A DNA stretch of 64,000 bases from a virus (lineage: Duplodnaviria > Caudoviricetes), in the IMG/VR virus record IMGVR_UViG_3300037781_000079, positions 6,489-70,488 of that record. One strand, 5' to 3'. The position numbers were made by a program, and so were the translations under genes. Below the pieces are notes generated by a model, which did not search any database, was not told the origin of the DNA, and worked only from the letters and a program-made list of their open reading frames with translations. Every line of letters starts with the position of its first letter. Within the stretch, counting starts at the first letter, position 1. This document shows, piece by piece, positions 7,111 through 17,134 of this stretch.

Positions 7111-7608
7111 ATGACCATACAGCAACTCAGTGATATCCGGCCGGTGTGTCTTGAGACCTTTATTGATCTTCTTAACGAGGGTTGGGCCGCTTGCACTGCT
7201 CCTACAGCCACTTACCTCTACAGTAATTTCGAGTTGTCCGACATTGTGAGGTTGTCTGAAGTGGATGTTGAATCACCTGCCTCAAACCCAGATGCTTATT
7301 ACGCTGTCAAGGAGTGGGAGATTGGAGAGATTGAAGGGTGGCTTGTCTTATTTCACTTGAGAGGCCAGAGCAGAAGGTGTGGTAGGTGTGGTAAGATTGA
7401 CTACAAGACAAGGTTCTGTGCTCAGCGGCACCTGGATGCTATCAAGCACAAGGAAAAAGATAAGAGCAAGGTGATTCCTCAGAGAGTCTACAAGTGCGGG
7501 TGCGGATCATTCCTGCTTACCTCTGAGAAAGAACCGAAACACGAATTCGAATTACCATTCCCTAAAAGAAGACATCTTCCAAATGATACTCGCGAAACTG
7601 AAAGATAA
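7111..7608 (+). CDS. hypothetical protein with C-terminal Zn-finger-like motif
   Basis: CGRCGKIDYKT...RVYKCGCGSFLLTS. Confidence 0.7.
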   Translation: MTIQQLSDIRPVCLETFIDLLNEGWAACTAPTATYLYSNFELSDIVRLSEVDVESPASNPDAYYAVKEWEIGEIEGWLVLFHLRGQSRRCGRCGKIDYKTRFCAQRHLDAIKHKEKDKSKVIPQRVYKCGCGSFLLTSEKEPKHEFELPFPKRRHLPNDTRETER

Positions 7609-7903
7609 GAGACTCATGACTCCCGTAGAGGACAGGCCGTTCGACGCTACGCTGCCTGACATCTACATTGAGGAGCTTGCCGGCGGGTACTGCAAAGCAC
7701 TGTCTGTTGCATTCACCTCGGAAGGAAGGTTCATCGGTGTGTTTAACTGCACACTGAAGATGAACGGTGAAAACCTCAAGAGCGTAGCCACAGCAGAAAT
7801 TATCATTGACTCGGTGCAATTCATCGACAAGTCAGAAGCCTACATAACCAAAAAGAAATCAGCTGTGCCGGCCAGATCATTCGCCGACATCAGCAAAAAC
7901 TAA
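7583..7903 (+). CDS. hypothetical protein (106 aa)
   Basis: ORF track, packed operon. Confidence 0.65.
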   Translation: MILAKLKDKRLMTPVEDRPFDATLPDIYIEELAGGYCKALSVAFTSEGRFIGVFNCTLKMNGENLKSVATAEIIIDSVQFIDKSEAYITKKKSAVPARSFADISKN

Positions 7904-7909
7904 AACCTT

Positions 7910-8206
7910 ATGTATTTAGAAATCCCGAAATACCCGGAAGTAGCATGGGTCGAGAAAAAAATCAATGATTTCGCCTCTTCAGAAGAAGGGTATAGGCAAC
8001 TCATAGAGGTCAACATAGCGACCCACTTTGATATTCCCAATAATGAAAAGATCTCCATGACAAGGAGGTACATAAGAACCGAAGCGGAGCCCCTGCATAG
8101 GTTTGTGTCTCAGTTCCTCAGAGAGGCATTAGATCAATTCATGGTCTCGAAAACCCCTGAAGAACTCCTTACCGCACAAAAGAAAATCAAAAACCAACAG
8201 CCATGA
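7910..8206 (+). CDS. hypothetical protein (98 aa)
   Basis: ORF track, ATGA coupling downstream. Confidence 0.7.
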   Translation: MYLEIPKYPEVAWVEKKINDFASSEEGYRQLIEVNIATHFDIPNNEKISMTRRYIRTEAEPLHRFVSQFLREALDQFMVSKTPEELLTAQKKIKNQQP

Positions 8207-8664
8207 TTCACATTTTAGAAGAAACAATCCCGTACTTCGGGCTACTCGGGTGGCTCACCGCCCTCGTCTTACTCATCATCGCCATCGCTACAACACGGAA
8301 GGCGATTGTCCTTAGAAACATTTCCGATGATCTATCAAAACAACTGCATATTTCATCCCTGGAAAAATCCGGTCTGCAGCAAGACAATAAGGTGATGGGC
8401 GCCGAAATAAGGAGGCTCAGAGACAAAGCCGATCATCTCGAGAAGGTAAGATTAGGGATGAGCGAGGTAATCAACAACCGGGAAGCCAAAATCGACATGC
8501 TCACCACAGAGCTCGGGAAGCAGAAGATGAAGTACAGCTCACTCGTGAAAAAGAATGACGACCTCATCGTAAGGAACGCATCCTTGGCCAGGAAACTCAA
8601 AGAGAAAGCAGAAAGCAGACCGGACCGCGATCCTAAAACCGGAAGATTCATCAAGCGACCATGA
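8203..8664 (+). CDS. membrane-anchored coiled-coil protein
   Basis: N-terminal TM FGLLGWLTALVLLIIAIA, heptad-rich body, C-terminal RDPKTGRF. Confidence 0.7.
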   Translation: MIHILEETIPYFGLLGWLTALVLLIIAIATTRKAIVLRNISDDLSKQLHISSLEKSGLQQDNKVMGAEIRRLRDKADHLEKVRLGMSEVINNREAKIDMLTTELGKQKMKYSSLVKKNDDLIVRNASLARKLKEKAESRPDRDPKTGRFIKRP

Positions 8665-9125
8665 TAGAACAAGCCCCAAAAATAAAGTCGCTCGACCGGC
8701 GAGTGATGATCGCATCCTTCATCCAATCCCGGAAGAAAGTGGAAGAGGTGTTCAGAGTGGTTGAGAAACTGCAGGTGTCCGAAGACCTCAAAGAAGCAAT
8801 CCCGGAAATGTTCGAAGCACTCAAAGCGGTATGCTTCGAAGTCAACTTCAAGACAGAAGGTGATCCAATTCACCACCAACACGACGGCCTGCTCAATCAG
8901 ATGTTCGACTCCCGGCCCGACATCAAGGTCTTCGATGATAATCACGATTGGTACGTGCACTATTTGTGGACATGCCTCTGTGAGATCCAAGCCATCACCT
9001 CATCGCTGATCCTTAGAGAGATGGTTGGAGCTATCAATCTGTCGGATCAAACAAAGTCTGTAGTGCATGAACTCGGTAGGAAAAATGTCAGGTGTATGAC
9101 ACTGACAATCAGCGAGTTTGTGTAG
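8661..9125 (+). CDS. hypothetical protein (154 aa)
   Basis: ORF track, ATGA coupling. Confidence 0.7.
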   Translation: MIEQAPKIKSLDRRVMIASFIQSRKKVEEVFRVVEKLQVSEDLKEAIPEMFEALKAVCFEVNFKTEGDPIHHQHDGLLNQMFDSRPDIKVFDDNHDWYVHYLWTCLCEIQAITSSLILREMVGAINLSDQTKSVVHELGRKNVRCMTLTISEFV

Positions 9126-9146
9126 TTCAGTTAAAGCAATACTTCA

Positions 9147-9638
9147 ATGGGATTAGATGTGCTCGACAAAGTGCCGAGAGGGGAACCTGTCTACATAAAG
9201 CAGGGCGATGTTTACGTGGAAGTTGCAGTCTATTACCCTGAGCACGAGGAAGAAATAAGGAAGGAGGTCTGGCGCATAGCCGGAAGAAAATACAAGTACA
9301 TGAGTATTTTTCAGAAGCTCGAGAAGGAAGCTATTGCTAACCTGAGCAAGAACGCATACCTGGTCCTGTGTTGGATGAGGGCCCACATGAAGCGCAACAA
9401 CTTCGTGAGAGCGACTGTGCGCGAGGTGTGCTCGTCAATCGGCTCATCACCCAACACGGTATCAGCTGCTATCAAGGAGATTGAGAGCCGGGACTACATC
9501 AAGCGACATAAGGGATCTTTGTACCTTGTCAATCCAAGTTTCGGCTTTCTCGGCACCAAGACAGAGCGAGCCAGGTTATCAAAACGATTCTATGAGGGAA
9601 GAGACATACGCGGACAGGAGGATTCAGAGCGATCCTGA
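9147..9638 (+). CDS. RepL-like winged-helix DNA-binding protein
   Basis: AYLVLCWM...TVREVCSSIGSSPNTVSAAIKEIESRDYIKR...YLVNPSFGF resembles the RepL/wHTH pattern. Confidence 0.6.
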   Translation: MGLDVLDKVPRGEPVYIKQGDVYVEVAVYYPEHEEEIRKEVWRIAGRKYKYMSIFQKLEKEAIANLSKNAYLVLCWMRAHMKRNNFVRATVREVCSSIGSSPNTVSAAIKEIESRDYIKRHKGSLYLVNPSFGFLGTKTERARLSKRFYEGRDIRGQEDSERS

Positions 9639-9936
9639 CAACTGCTTTTTCTGTGGCCGGTACACCGGGATACACGCAAGGAACAGCACAACAGTTGATC
9701 ACTTACATCCCAAATCTCAAGGCGGAAACCTATCGAAAAAAAACAAGGTGTACTGCTGTAACGAGTGCAACTCTACAAAAGGAGACCTCAGTGTCGAAGA
9801 GTTTCTGAGGGTCATACTCGCGATGGAAAGACAGGAAAGGTCTCGCCACAAAAGGCAGATGGGTTACTTCAGGAGGGTTCGTAAAGCAATCGACGGCCTG
9901 AAAGCTATCAAACGAAAAAACCCTTCGGAACAGTAG
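9592..9936 (+). CDS. HNH endonuclease (start revised to MREETY)
   Basis: CFFCG...TVDHLHPKSQGG...NKVYCCNECNSTKG. Confidence 0.85.
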   Translation: MREETYADRRIQSDPDNCFFCGRYTGIHARNSTTVDHLHPKSQGGNLSKKNKVYCCNECNSTKGDLSVEEFLRVILAMERQERSRHKRQMGYFRRVRKAIDGLKAIKRKNPSEQ

Positions 9937-9952
9937 AGACCGAAGGGCTTTT
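9921..9952 (+). terminator. hairpin with short T-tract between HNH and terminase
   Basis: CCCTTCGG/CCGAAGGG followed by CTTTT. Confidence 0.4.
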
Positions 9953-10013
9953 GCGTAACTGATAACAAAGAAAAACCCAGAACCGATGTTCGAGACAACA
10001 CAAATATAGCGGA

Positions 10014-12089
10014 ATGAAGTTTAGAATCGCGGTACGCGAAGTAGAAAAGAAGGAGTGGTTCCCGGAGTGGGAAGCGCAGGATTACCCGGACGACTTCTGG
10101 AATTGGATCAACTCCATCAACGAGAGTTTTGCCAAGCGAAAATACTACCGGCCCTTTGAGTTGTACCGTGTTCAGCAGTACCACTGGATGCAAGACACGA
10201 GCCACATCACCGACTTCCGGCATGAGGAAGATCAGATAGAATGGCTCAAGCGAGAGATTTACCGGTGCCGGACCAACTCTCTCTACGCATGCAACAAGTA
10301 CGGTTGGCTTAAAGACGGTGATGACATTTCCGGCGACGGGGTTGTCAAGTTCAGATCCTTCCCGGCCCAGGAGATCATCATGTATCTGATTGACATCCTC
10401 ATGTCGCTCATCATCGCCAAGGGGCGACAGATTGGTGCGACATCAGCGCTCACGCTGCAGTCAATCATGACCATCAACTTCAACAAGAACTTCTTCATCA
10501 AGTACATCGCCAACTCCAAGGACAAGGGTGAAGAGATCTTCGGCGACAAGATCAAGGATGTCAACTCAGAACTCAAGTCGAGATATCCCTGGCTCATAAA
10601 CCCGGTGCTCAACGACAGTAAAAACGAACTCAGGTTCGGAAAGAAGACAGCCAAGGGTCAGATCACCGGTATGAATTCGCGCATCTACGTGGACACTCCA
10701 CACAAAAATGCGATCAACGGTGGATCTCCTCAGCGATCACTTGTCGATGAGATCGGTCTGATTGACAACATGAGCTACTCGCCGATGATCAACGAAGCTC
10801 GTCCGACGCAGTACCGATTCAACCCGGTAACAGGTAAACTCGAGCTTGTTCGTCAAATCATCTCATGGGGTACCGGAGGTGAGATGGAAAAGGGTGGTGC
10901 ACAGATGGAGGTTGAGTACAAGGCCGCCAAAGAAGCGTGGCTCGACAAAGACTTCTCATTCGGTATCATACCGATATTCCTGGACTGGACAGCGCGTCCC
11001 GGCGCGACCAAAGAGATCTACGAGAAGGAGCGGAAGTTCTACTACCGTAAAGCTGAGAAAGAGAAGGACACCAAGCACATCATCCAGTTCCACCAATCAT
11101 GGCCATCCACAGAAGAGGATGTGTTCATGAGGAACTCCAACACGATGATCTCACGCGATAAGATCAACGCTCACATAGCCAGAGTCAACGAGCTTATCTA
11201 TCAGGGTGAAATCGAATTTGGCTACTTCGATCCGGTCTACGACTACAATACGCCATACCCGGATCACTTCAAAGTACCCTACAGAATCGTTGGCGCCAAA
11301 TGGGTCAAGACAGAATCCTACACCGACCCAATGACGAAGGCTTTTGTCCGCCGGAAACCGGAGCCCTGGAAGTACAGGTGGTACCAGGGGATAGACCCAA
11401 TCAACTCGGAAACCGGTAAATCAAAATTCTCATCATCCATCTGGGACCGGTACCACAACGACATCGCTTCCGGTGTATTCTACCGCGAGAAGGATTATCA
11501 AATGTGCTACGTTCAGGCACTCCTGCAGAAGATGTACTACGGGAAGATGCAAGGCGTGGAGTGCGAGACGCTGATTGAGAACAACATCGGTGACGACCTT
11601 ATGAACTTCTGGGAGCTACTCGAATGCGACTACGGAATCATGAGTCAGCAGCAGCTACCTCCATACATGAGAGCGCGAAACCCCGGAAAGTGGTGGGGGA
11701 TCAACAACAAGTCGCACAACGCCGGCCAGATTACAAACACCATCAAAGCGATGATTGACATGTTTGGCGACAACATTGATTCGCTTTGGTTCTGGCTGCA
11801 GGTCAAAACCTTTGTTGAAAAACCTGTTGGTAACGGAAGCAACCAGGTGCGCGAAACAAGATGGCAAGCTCAAAATAAGGAGGTCGATTACGATGACCAC
11901 TTGTTCAGCTCAGTGTTTGCCTACATAGGCGCAGAATGCGAAACAAGACCACCGGTTGAGGTCAACCCTAAAAAAGACGGAGGCGTCAAGAAAAAACAAC
12001 TGAAGTACGTCAACCAGAATGGTTCCCTCGTGCTTGCGTATGTGGACAGCAAAGGCAAAATAGTGGGTCGCCCAACTGTAAAATTCTGA
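10014..12089 (+). CDS. terL: large terminase subunit
   Basis: Walker A AKGRQIGATS, Walker B SLVDEIG, nuclease YQGIDPINSETG and DDHLFS; upstream of portal. Confidence 0.9.
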   Translation: MKFRIAVREVEKKEWFPEWEAQDYPDDFWNWINSINESFAKRKYYRPFELYRVQQYHWMQDTSHITDFRHEEDQIEWLKREIYRCRTNSLYACNKYGWLKDGDDISGDGVVKFRSFPAQEIIMYLIDILMSLIIAKGRQIGATSALTLQSIMTINFNKNFFIKYIANSKDKGEEIFGDKIKDVNSELKSRYPWLINPVLNDSKNELRFGKKTAKGQITGMNSRIYVDTPHKNAINGGSPQRSLVDEIGLIDNMSYSPMINEARPTQYRFNPVTGKLELVRQIISWGTGGEMEKGGAQMEVEYKAAKEAWLDKDFSFGIIPIFLDWTARPGATKEIYEKERKFYYRKAEKEKDTKHIIQFHQSWPSTEEDVFMRNSNTMISRDKINAHIARVNELIYQGEIEFGYFDPVYDYNTPYPDHFKVPYRIVGAKWVKTESYTDPMTKAFVRRKPEPWKYRWYQGIDPINSETGKSKFSSSIWDRYHNDIASGVFYREKDYQMCYVQALLQKMYYGKMQGVECETLIENNIGDDLMNFWELLECDYGIMSQQQLPPYMRARNPGKWWGINNKSHNAGQITNTIKAMIDMFGDNIDSLWFWLQVKTFVEKPVGNGSNQVRETRWQAQNKEVDYDDHLFSSVFAYIGAECETRPPVEVNPKKDGGVKKKQLKYVNQNGSLVLAYVDSKGKIVGRPTVKF

Positions 12090-12105
12090 TTCAAAGGATT
12101 TTTTA

Positions 12106-12113
12106 TACTTTCG
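12106..12113 (+). promoter_or_regulatory. candidate promoter -7 element TACTTTCG
   Basis: Near-consensus TAnnTTTG in the intergenic gap; same octamer at 63081-63088 on minus strand. Confidence 0.45.
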
Positions 12114-12164
12114 TGTCAACGGATCCGGATGAACCGGGTCAGATCATAAAAAACGATCAGTTAA

Positions 12165-12944
12165 ATGAAAAAAGCAGCTTTAGCAGTTGTACTGAACACA
12201 GTTCAGGCAACCGCAGGTGACCTCGATCTCTTGAGGAACGTAATGACCCTCACCGGTCTTGGTGAAGGTCTCCGATTGGCAGACCTGGTGTCTGTAAACA
12301 AAGAAACCTACGCGGCCGGCACCGCTTCTGTCAAGACGCTTGACGTGAGCTCCGGTATCAGCCTCGTAGCAGAAGCAACTTACCGCTTGAAGGTATTTTG
12401 CTCGAAGACAAACAAGTCCCGTGAGTACACCTGGACTTCAGGCGCTTCAGCACCAACGGCGGCAAACGTAGCGACAGCCTTGGCAGCAGCCATCACCGCT
12501 GATCAGGGCAACGACAACCGTTTGGTTTCTGCGACCTCATCAACCGCTGACCTCGTGTTGACACTGTTGGATGTGGACAATGGAGACTTCCAGATTCAGG
12601 TGACTGTTGAGGGAGCCATTCAGACACTCAGTATCTCTGTCGGAACTGCGTACGTAGCTCCTACCGGTACTTTCGAAGTGTTGAGGGAGCTCACCGGTCT
12701 TCCGGAAGGAACCGGCCTGAACGAAATCAAGACTGATGGTCAGTACACCACGTACGAAACTATCCTCCGTAAGTACGTCAACCACAACGAGGTAGGTGGT
12801 GCACAGGTTGTTGCTCCCCTCAAGGTTGTGATTGCCGTCGAGGAAGGCGCGGCTAACGCGGGAGCGCTCGTCACAGCGATTGACGCAGTATTCGGTGGAA
12901 CCCACACTCCGGCCACCGACTATGATGGTGTTCCATCTGCATAA
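12165..12944 (+). CDS. probable virion structural protein (auxiliary capsid/decoration-like)
   Basis: Ala/Thr/Val-rich beta-type composition, own promoter and terminator, position in the head module. Confidence 0.55.
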   Translation: MKKAALAVVLNTVQATAGDLDLLRNVMTLTGLGEGLRLADLVSVNKETYAAGTASVKTLDVSSGISLVAEATYRLKVFCSKTNKSREYTWTSGASAPTAANVATALAAAITADQGNDNRLVSATSSTADLVLTLLDVDNGDFQIQVTVEGAIQTLSISVGTAYVAPTGTFEVLRELTGLPEGTGLNEIKTDGQYTTYETILRKYVNHNEVGGAQVVAPLKVVIAVEEGAANAGALVTAIDAVFGGTHTPATDYDGVPSA

Positions 12945-12971
12945 GGTGTGTAATTTTTGGTTAAGGTTTAG

Positions 12972-12999
12972 AAGAGAGGGCAATCGCCCTCTTTTCTTA
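12972..12999 (+). terminator. intrinsic terminator
   Basis: AAGAGAGGGC-AATC-GCCCTCTTTT followed by T-rich run. Confidence 0.8.
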
Positions 13000-13010
13000 T
13001 TTTTGAGCGT

Positions 13011-13607
13011 ATGAAACCCAAACTCGAAGAGATACTACAGATTTTTGAGCCGACAACCAGGTCGCTCATGAGTACCTACCCGGAGCTCGAAAAGCATGAG
13101 GAGTTCATGGAGCTTGGGAAGTCAAAAGAGCTTGAGCTGTGTTGGTACATAGGGTGTCAGACATCACCGATAAAGAAGAAGTACCCGAACAAAGTTGACT
13201 GCGTAAGAGCAGCTCTCAAGGAGGTCTACTCGAAAGAGTACATCGAATCTAATAAAGAGCTGAAAGACATGTATGAAGGAAAATCAATACCTTCACGGAT
13301 TGTAAACGCAGCCAATCGGTTTTCTACATTTGAGGTTTCAGCCAGACTGAGAAGCCGCATCCTCAACAACATGATCCTGAAGAACCTTGAGAGGATCCTG
13401 TATATTGATGATGAAGATTGGGAAAACATGGACCCGGACCAAATGAAGGGTTACACAGCTACAGCGAAATCAGCTCTTGATTTGATGCCGAAGGTTCTCG
13501 AGAACATCGAAGGCGGATACGGACTGATAGAGAAAGAAGTGGGTCAGGACGAGAGGATTACAGAGATAAACGAAGTCCTTGTCAGCATTGATAAAGTCAC
13601 CCAATAA
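13011..13607 (+). CDS. hypothetical head-module protein upstream of portal
   Basis: 198-aa ORF coupled (TAATG) to portal. Confidence 0.75.
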   Translation: MKPKLEEILQIFEPTTRSLMSTYPELEKHEEFMELGKSKELELCWYIGCQTSPIKKKYPNKVDCVRAALKEVYSKEYIESNKELKDMYEGKSIPSRIVNAANRFSTFEVSARLRSRILNNMILKNLERILYIDDEDWENMDPDQMKGYTATAKSALDLMPKVLENIEGGYGLIEKEVGQDERITEINEVLVSIDKVTQ

Positions 13608-15832
13608 TGATCGGATCCAACCAGTTTGTTCAGCTCAAAAAGCCGAACAGAGAAACAAGCAATAAAGACGAGAAGTACCACTCAGACTATGGTAAGTGGG
13701 CCGCGTCTTCAATAAATTCCTCCGCGTACCTTCACTTTCTTGAGAAGTGCTACGTGAACTGGTGTTTCTACAAGGGTCGTCAATACCAATGGATATACGA
13801 AGAAGATATGGCCGGGTTCTTCCTGGACGAAACCGGAAGCCCCAGGCACCGAATCAGGATCAGCCACAACCTCATCAAACCAATGGTCAACTACTTCGTC
13901 GGTAATTCCATACGGACGGAGTTCAAATCAAGAGCTGAATCAAGAAACGATCTGGTCAAAAACAAGATAGATCAACTCGTAGAGAAGTTCTCAAGCCTTC
14001 ACGACATCATAGAAGACATCCCTCAACTCGAGGAAGTCATAAGATCACAAGTCCCTCTTGGCGAAAACAAGGATGAGACCGAAAGACTTATCCGGATGTC
14101 ATCCATCGACGAGGTGACGGACGCTATGAACAGCCTCATCTCGATCCTTTCAGAGCGAGTCAATGATGAGGAGATTAAGGTTCGCGGAGCGAGATCTCTT
14201 GCGCTTTACGGCATGGCGGTTTACTACGGTGTGTCAAGAAACCTTCAGTACACCGGTAAGCGAATAGACAGCTACCTATACTTCTGGGACACCAACGCCA
14301 GGGAATCAAACCTGCAGGACGCTGCGTTTATGGGTCACATCGAATACAGCGATGTCCCTCAGATTGCGGAATACTACCAGAACCTCACATCAGAAGAACT
14401 TAAAACCCTCGAAGCTCACGCTTCGGCGGTCGCCGGCCACCCGACAAGGTTGATTTCCCAGAAGATGAACAATCAGACCGGTAACACGGTGATGGTTGTT
14501 CATTCTTACTGGAAGGATTACGCCAAATACCTGTACGGTTGGGTGCGCGATGATGCCGGGTACATATCGCTTGAGCGAATTGAAAAAGACGACAAGTATT
14601 CAAAGAAGGATCTTGTCAAGAAGTCAGAGCTCAACGACGATCAGCTTGCCATCACCGGAGGCGACACAAGCAAGTATGTCATCGTAGAGGAAATCAGGTA
14701 CTGCATATTCACTCCCGGTGAGTCATTGGGAGGTGGAGTGAACACCGGTGGAAAAGACATCGTTTACGAATACGGTGTTCTTGAAGACCAGGAGGATGAC
14801 CCTGTTTACCCGGAAAGCTCAAGGTATCCATACAAGGTGTCCACCTGGGCCTACGAGAACGGGGAGGTGTTGACTCCGCTTGACGACGCTATCGACCCGC
14901 AGAGGATGATCAACAGGTTGTTCTCTATTTCCGAGTCTCAATTCAACAACGCGCACGGATCCGGAACAATCGTCGCGGCTGACGCGATAGATGATGAAGA
15001 GGGTGATGTTGGCCTTAGCGCGAAGATGAAACGAGGTGATGTCATCACTGTAGATGCAAGGAAGTACAACTCAGTGCACAACGCCATCAGTGAGTACAAG
15101 AGCAACATGGGCGACGCTCCTCAGCAGATTGCCGGTTTCATAAGCATGGTTCAGCAAGCGTTCAGAGAGATGACCGCTGTAAACGATTCGATGACTGGAT
15201 CCACAGGAACATCCAACGCGCTTGTAGGTGTTGTTCAAGAGCAGATCAATCAAGGTACACTTGTTCAAGAGCCGTTCTTCTACGCTCTTGCGAGCTACAT
15301 GAATCAGATCTATCAGAACATGGCTCATGTAGGCCGGAAGGTTTACTCAAAGTATCCGAAGATGCTATCGCTGTTCGCCGGCGACAGGGCAAGGTCAATC
15401 GTGCAGAACATCGAAGACATGTCTCTTGAGTCTTGGAGGGTATTCATCAAGAGGGCTGAACCAGAGTCAACCGAAGTACAGAAAGCCGACAACCTCATCT
15501 TCATGCTGCTTCAGTATCAGATGATTGACGCAAATCTCGCATCGAAATTGCTTGGCCGGTCAACGACTGACCTGGTGTACGACCAGGTACGCAAATACCA
15601 GGGCAAACTCGCGCAAGCTCAAGAAGAGCAAGCTCAACAAGAGCAAGAGATACTTGCGGCTCAAGCTGAAGCTGAAGAGCTTGATAGGCAACAGCAAATG
15701 GAGATGTCCCGACAAGAATCCGACAGGGACCAATACAATAAGGATGCGGACCGAATGGTAGACTACGTGAAGTCGCAAGAGAGAAACGAAAACAGTCTTG
15801 AAAGAGATTTGCTTAAATTGAGCGCACAATAA
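13607..15832 (+). CDS. portal protein
   Basis: 741 aa, position after terL, long C-terminal Q/E-rich coiled-coil barrel typical of podovirus portals. Confidence 0.8.
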   Translation: MIGSNQFVQLKKPNRETSNKDEKYHSDYGKWAASSINSSAYLHFLEKCYVNWCFYKGRQYQWIYEEDMAGFFLDETGSPRHRIRISHNLIKPMVNYFVGNSIRTEFKSRAESRNDLVKNKIDQLVEKFSSLHDIIEDIPQLEEVIRSQVPLGENKDETERLIRMSSIDEVTDAMNSLISILSERVNDEEIKVRGARSLALYGMAVYYGVSRNLQYTGKRIDSYLYFWDTNARESNLQDAAFMGHIEYSDVPQIAEYYQNLTSEELKTLEAHASAVAGHPTRLISQKMNNQTGNTVMVVHSYWKDYAKYLYGWVRDDAGYISLERIEKDDKYSKKDLVKKSELNDDQLAITGGDTSKYVIVEEIRYCIFTPGESLGGGVNTGGKDIVYEYGVLEDQEDDPVYPESSRYPYKVSTWAYENGEVLTPLDDAIDPQRMINRLFSISESQFNNAHGSGTIVAADAIDDEEGDVGLSAKMKRGDVITVDARKYNSVHNAISEYKSNMGDAPQQIAGFISMVQQAFREMTAVNDSMTGSTGTSNALVGVVQEQINQGTLVQEPFFYALASYMNQIYQNMAHVGRKVYSKYPKMLSLFAGDRARSIVQNIEDMSLESWRVFIKRAEPESTEVQKADNLIFMLLQYQMIDANLASKLLGRSTTDLVYDQVRKYQGKLAQAQEEQAQQEQEILAAQAEAEELDRQQQMEMSRQESDRDQYNKDADRMVDYVKSQERNENSLERDLLKLSAQ

Positions 15833-15845
15833 AAACAGGATTAAA

Positions 15846-17105
15846 ATGGCTTTTGACAACAAAGGACAAGGGGGTTCCCCGGCGCCATCAGGAGGTAAGA
15901 CCGAGGATAATCCTTTTGAAGGAATGGACCGCGAGGAGGTGGAGAACCTCTACAACCAGGGTCTTGATTACGTAAAGATCGCTCAGGACAAAGATTCTGA
16001 CGATTACAAACAGATGGTGGAAACTCTCAGGGTGGCTGAGGAATTCCTTGGTATTTCTGAAGACGAAGGCGGAGCATCTGGCTTTTCTTCTGAAGACGAG
16101 GATCCAACCACAGGAGACGGAGACCCTGAAGAGGAAGAAGAGGAAGAGGAAGAGGAAGAGGAGGAAGAGGAGGAAGAAGAGGAAGAGGACGAAGACGACC
16201 CGTTTGGAATCAAGCAAAAAACAGGTAAATCGAAAGTCACTGACGGCGTAAAGTCGTGGGATGACTTCGTAGCCAAGATGGGCCTTAAAGGAGGTCCAAA
16301 GGAAGCATACGGTTCCGTTAAGAAATGGAGGAAGGACAGCCAGAAGCTCGGAAACGTAGCTAAGGAGCTCGACACCTTCAAGAAAGACCTCACGAGTCTT
16401 CCGGCTGAGATTCAGATGTCGATTACAGCATTCGCTGAAGGCAAAGACTATGTGTCAGCATTCAACGAAAATTCACGAAAATTGGATTTTTCTCGTAAAT
16501 TCGACGAGTACAAGCCAGAAGAAGTGATTGAGCGACTGATGCCTAAGCGCATGAACTCACTCAAAAGCAAGCTCGAGAGTGGCAAAATTGAACAAGAGGA
16601 TTACGACGCGGAGATTGAAGATCTCACTGATGCTGCTAAAGAGCAGTTTGAACTGAAGAGAGAGGCTTACGAGCGGAGGCGCAACGACCTGGTGAAGGAG
16701 CAAAAGGATTTCGAGAAGAAATTTGAAAGCTCAATAGGTAGTTCCGTACAGAAGCTCCAACAGAAAATCCCTTCTTTTAACAAGAAGGCACTTTCGAAAG
16801 TTGAAAAGGTCCTTTCTTCACCCGAAGCTATTACAGCGATGTTCTTTGATCAGGACGGAACCGTTAAACCGGAAGCAGCAGAGATGTTGGCTTACGCTAT
16901 GAATGGAGAGTTCCTGTTGAAGAAAGCTATGGATGCTTCAGGAAAAAAGAGCAAGAAGAAGACTACCGAAGAAATTGTTCAGAGGTCAAAAGGCCGAGCG
17001 GACAGATCGAAAGGTAATCCAGGATCAGATGAGGCTCAGAAATCAGTACAAGGACTCAGTCCTTATTCAATGGATAGGGCTGACCCGTGGCGTAGCAGAA
17101 GTTAA
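15846..17105 (+). CDS. probable capsid scaffolding protein
   Basis: Very acidic N-region, coiled coils, directly upstream of major capsid. Confidence 0.6.
   Translation: MAFDNKGQGGSPAPSGGKTEDNPFEGMDREEVENLYNQGLDYVKIAQDKDSDDYKQMVETLRVAEEFLGISEDEGGASGFSSEDEDPTTGDGDPEEEEEEEEEEEEEEEEEEEEDEDDPFGIKQKTGKSKVTDGVKSWDDFVAKMGLKGGPKEAYGSVKKWRKDSQKLGNVAKELDTFKKDLTSLPAEIQMSITAFAEGKDYVSAFNENSRKLDFSRKFDEYKPEEVIERLMPKRMNSLKSKLESGKIEQEDYDAEIEDLTDAAKEQFELKREAYERRRNDLVKEQKDFEKKFESSIGSSVQKLQQKIPSFNKKALSKVEKVLSSPEAITAMFFDQDGTVKPEAAEMLAYAMNGEFLLKKAMDASGKKSKKKTTEEIVQRSKGRADRSKGNPGSDEAQKSVQGLSPYSMDRADPWRSRS
16128..16187 (+). repeat. GAR microsatellite encoding 20 consecutive Glu
   Basis: GAA/GAG run in scaffold gene. 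Confidence 0.9.
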
Positions 17106-17134
17106 TTTTTGTACACGAAACATCACTTTTTGTC

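Noticed and set aside
15888-16393. Poly-Ser/Phe-Leu antisense ORFs (also 33230-33578 and other opposite-strand ORFs within long genes)
   Set aside because: Shadow frames of poly-Glu and other coding repeats on the real strand
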